Source: Selaginella moellendorffii
Taxonomy: Eukaryota; Plantae; Lycopodiophyta
NCBI RefSeq assembly: GCF_000143415.4
Contig: NW_003314261.1
Coordinates: 6,542,817 to 6,606,816 of the forward strand
Direction: 5' to 3'
DNA length: 64,000 nt
Position numbers and translations under genes: made by a program. The notes beneath the pieces were generated by a model. The model had not been told where the DNA came from. It worked only from the letters and a program-made list of their open reading frames with translations, and made no database searches. The number at the start of each line of letters is the position of its first letter. Positions within the stretch are counted from its first letter, which is position 1. Positions 13,520-23,586 of this stretch are shown here, piece after piece.

Positions 13520-14470
13520 ATTAAAGCACTAGAAATCTTCAAACGAGAGCAGAGTGCGCACCTGGTATCACTCCCCAGCGAGCAGAGGGAGCAACCCCAC
13601 CCTCAAATGTTAAACCAAACATTATGCACGAATTATTAACATGGCGATGACGTCGATGACGGTTTCTTTGACAGGCGCAAAGAAATGACCAATCTGCTCT
13701 CACAGATTGAAATAGGCCTCAACTGCATAGGGCCAAACAATTCTGGAAAGTCTCAAGCACCTTAGGAAGTCTGCTCAAAGCCCAGTTGCCGCTCTTCTAC
13801 ATCTACATGAGGGCTGCGGACTTCAGTACTCTGGAGCTGGCTGCTAAACAGATTACAAGACTGTGAACTTGGGCTTCTTGTCTCCTTGGTTGTCATCGGC
13901 CCTTCTAAAGATGATTGGGGCTGACGTTTAGGGGCGTAGACGTTGATGCATCGAGTTTTCTCCATCTGCCAGACGAAGAGCCAAAGAAGGACTTGGGCTC
14001 TGTCATGGGCTGGTTTATGAGCCTGGAGATTGAAAACCAGCACAGGAGGCCAATTTTCGTCATCGATGAAGTGACAAGTTGAAGCAGTGGTCCAACAATC
14101 CTAGGATGGTTTGTAGCCATGACAAAACAGGACCGGACTGCGGTGGTGATTATGTCTAGCTCCGGTGACTTTTTTCTGGAACAGTGGTTCCAGAGTCACA
14201 AAAACGTTCCGCAATGGAAGCCTGGGGCACTTTAGTGAAAAGAATGGACATTTGTGGCTGCCCTTTGCTGCTTGAGAGCTGCGTGTTCGACCTGGGATTC
14301 TAAAAGGCATGGTAGTGGCTGAGTGGATCGAAGGCGAATGTTTTGCCATTTGCTTTTCAGTATATGAAGGCAAGCTTCGTTTCTTGTTTTTCTGTTTCTT
14401 TTTTCCCAAACATGATTTAAGACTTTTCTTGTTAGAATGTTGATAATATATAGCAAATAGCATTGCCATG
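13520..14470 (+). pseudogene. Degenerate P-loop ATPase, copy 2
   Basis: FFDRRKEM...GPNNSGKS Walker A (~13665-13752) and IFVIDE Walker B (~14052-14070); frameshifted; lacks the ~7790-8110 segment of copy 1. Confidence 0.6.
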
Positions 14471-15149
14471 CGCACTTGCTATAGAAAGGCAAGCCCGTCA
14501 AAAACAACAGCTTTGGCCTTTCTTTCTTTCTTTCGAGAGTCGAGCTTGCAATGCTTTGACTACTTAGCAGTAGTTCAAGCGAAGGAAGTTAAGATGACTA
14601 ACAACAACAATGTAAAGAATGTTTTTGCCTTGTTCGTCACTGCTTTAAAACTTGGTGCTTTCCATCAAATGGCTACGGATCCGGAAGGTGACTGATCTTG
14701 AGAGTCTGTTCTCGGTCTCGGATGGAGAGTAGCAATATACCGCTCATATATTTATTAGGTTTGTTTCACAGCCATAATGTATTTGTACATGTATTGAGTT
14801 TCTTCTTCTGGCCTATTAAGGAAATAAAACACTTTCAATTTCATTAGCATGGTAAATTATGTGCTTACTAAATATGCAATGCAAGTTCACTCTTGGTCCC
14901 TCTAGTCTTTGTGCTCATCACATAAACGTTCTGCCCCTTATTTAGATTCACAATTCCTTAGCAAAATTAAGAAGAAATTCTTTTTCTCCCTTATTCCTTG
15001 TACAATGCCAGGTGGACTGTTTTGAAACCACTAGTTTTTCTCAAGGCTGCGATGCTGTATTTTGATCGACGGCGGAGGTTCGCGCACCTTCGCAATGATC
15101 GATCTTATTTTCGTTTGCTCCTAGGCTAGGGCGATCAATCGCTTGATCC

Positions 15150-16605
15150 ATGGCCGCGACACGCCGGGTCGCCGACAAGATCGCTAGGAACATCTATGAC
15201 GACATCTACAGGTGTAGTTTCAAGCATCAGATCGGTGTCAATCTCAAGCTGATGATGGATTTCGGCGCATTCCCCACGGAGAAGAATCTCCTCATCGCCG
15301 CGCAGTTCTTGCGGAGGGAGCTGCCCGTCAGGCTCTCGCACAAGGTCGTGGAGCTGGAAAATCTTCCATTTGGTCTCTCATCTAAGGCGCCAGTTCTAAA
15401 GGTTTGGAGTTCTTTTTTGAGGTGTATGGCGTTTTTTCCTCTCGTGAATAACTCCGGCTGGAAAATGTTCATGATCGGCGGCAGGTTCGAGATTGGTACG
15501 TGGAGTCTTTCAAAGAAATTCACGGATTTCCAGAGATCGTGACCCCCAGCGACGAGCTCGAGTTCACGCAGCTAATTCACGACGTGAAAGAACGGCACAA
15601 CCATGTCATTCCAATGCTTGGCTTGGGCATCCAAGAACTCAAGGCGGAGCTTGGATCAACCACGCAACTTCCAGAGATTCACCAGTTCCTCAACCGGTTC
15701 TTCTTGTCCCGGATTGGGATTCGCATGCTCATCGGTAAGTAGTCTCTCTTACGCGTTCTTTGGCTATTGTTCTAAGAGAACTCTGTGTAAGAACTTTGGA
15801 TGGTTTCTCTTTCGCAGGACAGCACGTAGCACTCCACCAGAAAAATCCTCCCGGCTACATTGGCCTCGTCTCCACGCAAGTTTCTCCGGTGGAAGTGATC
15901 CACAATGCTGCGTCCGATGCACGGGCGATGTGCTCGCGGATTTACGGCCGCTCTCCAGACGTACACGTCGTTGGCGATAGCGGTTTGAAATTCGCGTAAG
16001 GATAGAACCTTTTTGTTTTCTTCCTCGTTTTGACTCGCGCTTATCTCTTGCACCTTTATAGCTACGTGCCGACGCATTTGCATTGGATGGTCTTTGAGCT
16101 GCTAAAGAATTCCTTACGGTCAGTCCAGGAACGTTTCTCTACAGCTTCCAAGACTCCTGCCGTGAAAGTCATCGTCGCTGGTGGCACCGAAGACGTAACC
16201 ATTAAGGTAACTCAGAGCAAATCTCCACAAACTTGATCATCAAACTCCTGGTTTTACAGATATCTGACGAGGGTGGTGGTATACCCAGAAGTGAGCTTCC
16301 AAAGGTCTGGAGTTACTTCTACAGCACTGGTGAGATTCCACTGCTGGACCAGAACAGATTTCTTGAGCAACCAAGCGATGCCATGGCTGGATATGGCTAT
16401 GGACTGCCAGTCACTCGTTTATATGCGAGATACTTTGGGGGAGACTTGCAGCTTGCGTCCATGGAAGGCTATGGTATAACATTCTCGTGTCAAAAGCTTT
16501 CTAAAACTCTAAAAAAAAATCTGTTTTTTTTCAGGGACTCAAGCTTATCTCCATCTCAGCAGGCTTAAGAATACAAAAGAGCCATATGATGTTTTGTGCA
16601 TATAA
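15150..16605 (+). CDS. PDK: Mitochondrial pyruvate dehydrogenase kinase (multi-exon)
   Basis: RELPVRL, FFLSRIGIRMLIGQH, FELLKNSLR, ISDEGGGIPR, MAGYGYGLPVTRLYARYFGGDL; GT-AG introns; last exon ends TAA at 16603-16605. Confidence 0.95.
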
Positions 16606-16722
16606 ATGCACTAAAGTTGTAGACAAATTTTGTATATATATAACATCAGATGAACTCAAAGTTTGGAATCTCTTTATACCATGAAAACTTGGAACTTTAC
16701 AAGAATTGGTACAAACTATCCA

Positions 16723-18581
16723 TCAATCTCTCTTGATTCCTTCAGCTTTTTCTATGTTTCTCCACTTATCTTTAAGATCAACCTGTTGAAAACAATCACT
16801 TCTCTGGGAAAAAAAACATAATCCCACCAAAATTACCTCAGTCCTATTGTCAAATACGTCCAGGTTGCTCTGCAAGATGGCCTTCCAGCGACCTTTCCCA
16901 AAGCTGCAAACAAACGTAAAAGCTCAGTGGAGGAAAAAGGAGATAAACAAAAAACACTACATTTCCACTCCTTTCCGAAGTGCTTCTTCCTCTCGTGCCG
17001 TCCACCGCTTGATTTTCCTTCTCCGAAGCAAAGAGACTTTTGGTTCGATTTTTTGCAAAGGCGAGGGTGCCTTTGTGCTGCTACTGGGAAGATTTACGCG
17101 CCTAGAAGCCGACGGGGAGGTGTCCTCCTCAATGTCATCGTCGTCGTCGTTCCACTGGAGAGTCACCGTGAGCTCTGTCAGAAAAATGGAAAACATGCCT
17201 ACCTCACGAGTTCGAGCGGTATGGTTTCGTTCCATCATGCTCATTTTCCCTTTGCCAGCCGCATTTCCAAGAGCTTGTGCTTGTTGCTCTTGCTGCTTCG
17301 AAGTAAGGTTTGCATCCAGTTGAGCTCTCTCTTCCTGTCGATTCCCACTTCCACTTGGCTGGGGTGGCTCATCAGGCTGAGCTTCCTGCTGCTGTTGATC
17401 TGGCTGACCCTGCTGGTTCAAGGACCCGTTCGCTGTGCTCGTATCTTCTCTTAAGCTCCGTGCAACCTCGACCGCCTCTGGAAGAGGATCGCGAACTTGC
17501 TTCCTGAGATTATACCGACTGGATTTTAGCTCGTTCACAGCTTTATCCACGGCCGGAGTCTGCAAAGCCTCTGACTCGTAGCACCGTCGTCTTAGCCTTC
17601 GCGTAACTGGTCTCTCAGATTCGCCTAAAAGCAAAACTCCCATAACTAGAAAAAGAAAAAGAAAAAAGTGAGCTTACCACTCCACGGAGGACGACTCATC
17701 TCTGCTTCTTCTCCATCCAAGCTTGCCAGCAGCGTCTTCCTCACTCGCTTCTTCTTTGGATCAGCACCACCATCGCTGTTATCCTCACACTCCCGGGGAC
17801 GCTTCTCTCCACCAGGCACGTACCGTCCATTGACGATGTCCTCGTCCACCTTTTCCAGCAAAACCTGGCCAACATCTTCCCACGCGAGAGCCAAGAACCG
17901 CTTCACAAGCTCATCCACCGTCTCCCTCTTGTTCTCTGCCAGGATAAACTTCGAAAGCCTGTGGTTGGCCTTGAGGCTCCAGAGATCACACTTGATGTTG
18001 TTCCCTTGGCAAAAGTCGGGCTCCTCGGTGTCCTGGACCACATCTCCCCAGTGCCTGTCCAGAGCGTCGGTAAAACCCTCCCAGTCCTCTTTCCCGTCTC
18101 TCAAGTGCTGCAAAGCAAGCTCCGCCTTGACGAGAACACCCACCTTCGACCACATAGAATCCATCTCACGCCTCCGCCATCGCCTCCTCGTTTTCTCGTC
18201 GCCACCTTGCTGCCCTTCTTCTCGATCCACCACTCCCACATTTTCTTCCTCGTCTTCTTCTTCCTCTAACTCCTTCCTAGTCTCGTCTCTAGCCAGCCGC
18301 TCCAGGCCTTGCAGCGCGAACAAATCCCTCTCGGCGTAGCACCCGGCCTCCACGTCCAGCGACAGCAGCTTGAGAATCGCCAGCTTCTTGATGAAAGGAG
18401 TGTCGGGGATGGGGATCGCTTCCAGCAAGCGCGTGGCGATGGAGAAATCCTGGCAGTTCTTGAGCACGTACTCCCAAATCCATTCCTCCTGCTTGCTGTG
18501 CTGCGTCGCCTCCTGTGTGCTACACTGCCCTTCCCCGATCAGTCTACCATACGCTACAGGGAGACTAATTCCTCTTCCCAT
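16723..18581 (-). CDS. TRF-like telomere-repeat-binding Myb protein (C-terminal telobox)
   Basis: Spliced C-terminus RWTAREEEALRKGVE..FGKGRWKAIL...RTEVDLKDKWRNI; DPLPEA motif upstream. Confidence 0.85.
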
Positions 18582-18663
18582 GCCCAGCTCCTTCCACCTC
18601 TGCCCTAACCCTAAATTTCTTTCTTTCTTCCCCCTTGTTTTATTCTAAGTCTCTATTGTTCTT

Positions 18664-19774
18664 TCACATTCGCAAGTTTCCACCTGAGAAAGAAGAAACA
18701 CACAATGAGAGCGAGAGAACCAAACCAATCCATGGAAAATTTCCAAGCTTACCGCAGTAGACGAATTGATTGAAATCCAGAGTGATTCTTCCTTGGCGAG
18801 TTGTGTCGAAGGCATCAAAGAGGTTCCTGGTTAAAGAAAGAAAGAGTTTTTTAGACGAGAGGAAGAAGAGATCCTTCACCTGGCTGATTGCAAGTAGATG
18901 CAAATCGAGATGAAATCGTCCAGACGAAACTGGCCTGTTCGCTTGTGATCGAAGCTCTGAGAAAACCTGCGGTGAGCAAGCATGGCTTGGAATTCTATAA
19001 GGTACTCGCCTGGCATGCCATGAAAAACGATGGTTGATCCAGAGCGTATCCAGCCTGCGCCAAGGCCTATCGCAAAGATCAAAGGCGAAGTTGGCAGCAA
19101 AGAACAAGAACGCAAAAAGTACCTTGTGCATCTCACTCAATCCGAGAACTCCACTTCCTCTGAAAGAAAAAAAACAGCGATGGAAGAACTCGTGAGAACT
19201 AGAAGTTCTTCCCGGAAGAAGATGAGCTCCAGACTACCTGCTGCTGGCTGTGAAAGCATTTTGGACCTGGTGTAGTGCACAGCTTGTTTGGATTTTTTTT
19301 CCCCGAATTTTCAGCCAGGGAAAGGGAAAAGAACAAACAGTCTCCTCTTACCAGGGATAAGAACTTGTGAAGATTCACGAACTCTGCCAGGGATAAAAGA
19401 AAACAAACAATTTGATCGATCATGACATCGAATTTCCAAAGAAAGAGATTACCTTCGAATGACATTGTCCCGTTTTGATCCCGGTCATACATTCTGTGAG
19501 GAGAGAGAAGAGAAAAAGGAATTCACGCATCACTGTTTGGAGAGATCTAGCGCCAAGGAAGCTGACCTGATCATCTGAGCTACCATGGACTGGGAGAATC
19601 GAAGATTTCCGGCAGCCAGTGCCTCCTGCAGCGAAAATTTTCAAATTCGAGCTCGAAATTTGGCGAGATCGCGCATTCCAGAGCACAGACCTGGAGCTCC
19701 GTCACGTTAATCGAGCCAGATTGATCCACATCCACCGACTGGAACCACACGCGCAGCGCCTCCGTGTCCGCCAT
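18664..19774 (-). CDS. Penta-EF-hand calcium-binding protein (sorcin/peflin/ALG-2-like), multi-exon
   Basis: WFQSVDVDQSGSINVTELQ, MYDRDQNGTMSFEEF, SFDHKRTGQFRLDDF, FDAFDTTRQGRITLDFNQF. Confidence 0.9.
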
Positions 19775-19881
19775 ACCCACGAAGAATTAGGGCTATTCCT
19801 AAGCTTTGACATTTTCTTCTCTAGGGAGATTCTCTAGGTAGAATTTTCTAGGCGCGAAGTTTCGGTCAACCTGGGTTTTGG

Positions 19882-21645
19882 ATGCGTCAAGATCTTCTGG
19901 AACTCATCGATTCCTGCGGCAGCTTGTCCGAGGCCACCGAGATCCACGCGCTCGCCAAGCGAAATCTCCGCAGGGCCGATACCTTCGTCCACAATCGACT
20001 GATCCAAATGTATGGCCGGATCGGGAGCCCGGCGATGGCGCGCCAGGTTTTCGACGAGATCGCCACCAGCAGCAGGGATTCCTTCTCCTGGGTTTTCATG
20101 TTCTTGGCATACTCCAAGAACGGGCATTTCGACAACGCGAGAGAGATTTTCGATTCGATGCCGGGGAAAACTCTCGTGGCCTGGACCGCGATGCTGGGTT
20201 CTTGTGCCGACATTGGAGATCTTCACGGCGCCAGAGAGATCTTCGATAGAATGCCACTCTGGGACGCACTGTCATCGAACACGATGCTTTGCGCATTTGC
20301 CCAAGCCGGGCATTTTGAGGAAGCATGGCAATTGTTTCTGGGAATTCCACACAAGGATCTTGTGATATGGACTTCGATCCAGGCAGCACTCTCTCAAAAA
20401 TGTAATCTGGTCGATTCGAAGTGGGTCTTCGATGCGATGCCGCAGTACAATCTAGTTTCCTGGAACTCCATGCTTGCAGCATATGCCCGTGCTGGGCATT
20501 TTGGAGAAGCCCAGCGATTCTTCTCCCAGAGTATGCCAGAGACGAACTTGGTCTCTTGGAACTCACTGCTCCAGGCATTCGCGCAGGGAAATCGTCTAGA
20601 TCTTCTCCGGGAGTGCTTCGATCGAGCAATGCCCCAACGGGACGTGATCTCGTGGACGACTGTTCTTGGCGCGTATGCCCAATCGGGACTATACCAGGAG
20701 GAGGTTGAGGAGATCTTCGCGAGGATGCCCGAGCACAATCTCGTCTCGTGGAATGCGATCCTCGCCGCCGCGACGCACAGCCAGCGATCGCGGATCTTTG
20801 GTCGAATGCCTCGGCATGATCTTGTCTCGTGGAAGACGATGCTTTGCTCGTATGCCCAGGCCGGGCATACGCGCCAAGCGCTGGATTTCTTCTCTCGCGG
20901 GATGCCTGCGCACGACCTCGTGAGCTCGAATCTAGCGCTCTCGCTGCGAGCGCAAGAGGGCGATTTGGAGCAAGCCCAGCAGCTCTTCGATCGAATTCCA
21001 GCCCCGGATTCCTTCTCCTGGAACACGCTCTTCAGCGCCTACGCTCACAGCGGCCACTTCCAAGCCGCCAGGGATGTGTTCGATCGAAACGCGATGAACA
21101 GGGACGAGATCTCGTGGGCTTCGCTCATCGCAGCGTACGCGCAGCAGGGGCACGTCGATCGAGCGCGCCAGATCTTCGACAGAGTCCCAAAGCTCGATGG
21201 AGTAGCGATCTGGAACTCGATGCTCGCCGCGTACGCACACCACGGCAAGGATCCTCTCGACGCTTTCAGCCTCGTGAGTTCCATGGCGGCGACGTTCCAA
21301 GCGCCGCCGGATGGAGCAGCCTTCGCGGCAGTGTTGATCGCGTGTAGCCGCGCCGGGGATTTGGAGAGAGCCCAGGAGTTCTTCGCGTCCATGGTGAGTG
21401 ACTTCCAGATCGAGCCGACCAAGCAGCACTACTGCTGCGTGGTGGATCTCCTGGCAAGGTCGGGATTCCTTGACACTGCCAGGGACGTCGCGACGAGCAT
21501 GCCATTTGCTCCAGACGCTACCGAGTGGACGTGCTTGCTGGGAGCCTGGAAAAATCACAAGCTCGAGCAAAGAGTTAGAGACCAAAAGAGACCAAAAGTT
21601 TGTAACGCAAGCTTCTCACGAACTATAAGACTGCTTGGAACGTAG
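19882..21645 (+). CDS. PLS-class PPR protein, 587 aa, no DYW domain
   Basis: Intronless ORF of 31-35 aa repeats (VSWNSMLAAYA...FDRMP); HYCCVVDLLARSG; E domain apparently truncated. Confidence 0.92.
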   Translation: MRQDLLELIDSCGSLSEATEIHALAKRNLRRADTFVHNRLIQMYGRIGSPAMARQVFDEIATSSRDSFSWVFMFLAYSKNGHFDNAREIFDSMPGKTLVAWTAMLGSCADIGDLHGAREIFDRMPLWDALSSNTMLCAFAQAGHFEEAWQLFLGIPHKDLVIWTSIQAALSQKCNLVDSKWVFDAMPQYNLVSWNSMLAAYARAGHFGEAQRFFSQSMPETNLVSWNSLLQAFAQGNRLDLLRECFDRAMPQRDVISWTTVLGAYAQSGLYQEEVEEIFARMPEHNLVSWNAILAAATHSQRSRIFGRMPRHDLVSWKTMLCSYAQAGHTRQALDFFSRGMPAHDLVSSNLALSLRAQEGDLEQAQQLFDRIPAPDSFSWNTLFSAYAHSGHFQAARDVFDRNAMNRDEISWASLIAAYAQQGHVDRARQIFDRVPKLDGVAIWNSMLAAYAHHGKDPLDAFSLVSSMAATFQAPPDGAAFAAVLIACSRAGDLERAQEFFASMVSDFQIEPTKQHYCCVVDLLARSGFLDTARDVATSMPFAPDATEWTCLLGAWKNHKLEQRVRDQKRPKVCNASFSRTIRLLGT

Positions 21646-21850
21646 TAGTCTGTCCTTGCTTATTACCGCGGCCGTGTTATATAGCATAGAACTACACAAG
21701 CAAAAGGAAAGGAACGAGGAATTGAATTGCTTACACTAAGCTAGCAGAAGAAGGAAGCGTACTTGCGGGACGCTCTTCAAAATCTGGCGGACGGGCCACT
21801 CCCTGGTTTTAAAGACTCAAACTTGTCCGAGAAAGAAAAAAGAATCTCTG

Positions 21851-23390
21851 TCACTCCCCAACCGTCAACCCGAAACCAAACTTGTAGTCTTTTTTCCAGT
21901 GATCAATCTGGGCAGCCAGCAGCACGGGAGTTAGCAAGTATTGACAATGGCGGCGATGCAAACCTCCGCCGACAGGAGAAACGTAACGCCGACGTTGAGT
22001 CTTTCCTCCAAGAAAGCGGCCACGCAGCCGTTTGTGTCGAGCCTGCCTCTCACACGACTCTGCCGCAAAAATGCATGAAGAGCTGCTCAAATCTAGAAGC
22101 GACTTACCTGTCGCAAAATGTAGTCGTAGCCAATGCTTGTTATGGCTTCCTTCGTGAGCGCGTTGTATAGAAAATCCGTCGCTAAGTTCACCTGGAAGTT
22201 CTCGTTTGATTAACGGAGAAAAGAAGAATTTCTTTTTTACCTTTTGCGACACCCTTTGAACATAAGTTAATGACACCATTCCCGTGGTCGCAACTTGACC
22301 AGTGGCAATCTGGAAAGCCAACAAAATGAATCATAGATAGACTTCGACTTGGAAAAATACAAGGAAAAGAGAACTAACCACTTTATCGTTGCTGTAGCGC
22401 GCAGCAAGTCCAAGACCAGATTTTCTTTGGTGACCAACCCAAAACACCTCACCGCCGAGAGCTAAGCTAGGAGTGATGCTCTGGAAGTCAAAAACCACAT
22501 TGAGAAAATCTTTCTTCGAAACCACGGCCACTTTACCTGTATATAATTTGCTCCATAAAATGCTCTGTTGCCAAACTGGAACTGCGTTTGGTAGTCTTTG
22601 CCCTGCATTTCGACTCTTAGAAAAGTAAAATAACATAAAGATTGGAGGCTGACCTTGTAGTCGAACTGGAACATTCCCTGTGAAAAGTGTGGCTCGTTGG
22701 TTAACTGCCATGGACAAGAAACGCATTAGAAACGTCTACAAATGCCCGAAGGAGATGCAATCGTTATATCGTACCTGGGCGTTCAGCCTCATGGAGAAGT
22801 TTTCCGTGAAGTCGGCTTTCACACGGGCATTCAGCCTTCCATCCGTTAAAACTCGTCCTACAAGAAAAAGCTGGCATTCCAAGACACTCAGCTAGATTTA
22901 CCAAAAGATTTGAAGAGAGAACAAACCCGCGGGCTCAAGAAGTTCGCACCAAATTCATAGTGCGCGCTGGGAACTTTGACGATTTGCGGGGATTGCTGTG
23001 GAACTTCTATGGATCCCATCAAGACACTGTAAAGATTGGATTTTTACAAGAAATATAAAAAGAAAATCTTGATACCTGTGGCTCAGAGAGAACACCTCAT
23101 TCAATGGCCTGTTGAAATCGAATCTTAGGCCCTCGAAGAGATCTGGCTTCAAAGCCACTGGAAGAACACGCGATGAGACAATGCAGCCATGGAAATCGCT
23201 ACTTACTGGACACCTCCCGCTGGATTTCCTCGTACTTGACAGGGCACGGGAGATTGAAGTAGTCGACCTTAGCATCTGGCTTCTCATCCTCCTTAGCCGG
23301 GGGAGCTGCTGGGGGCTGCGGCGAAATCTTGTCCGGCGTCGCAACTGGCGGAGGCGGCGGCGCGGCAGCGTGCGATAGATTGCTTCCCAT
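21851..23390 (-). CDS. TOM40: Mitochondrial import channel TOM40 (multi-exon)
   Basis: [49 protein letters not shown]-terminal [17 protein letters not shown]. Confidence 0.95.
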
Positions 23391-23586
23391 TTCCCACACC
23401 GGATTTGGAGCTGCGTGAGCGGCTCTCTCAGACCTCCATAGCTGCCCGGGCACGCGAAAGCGCCTAAACCCTAGGGCAATCAAACACCAAAAGTTAGGGT
23501 TAGGGTTTTGTGGCCATAGCTATAAAATCTTTGCCCCCGGGTTCGAATCTCTTTATAAGCGCCCTCTAGATTCGTTTTCCCAATGC

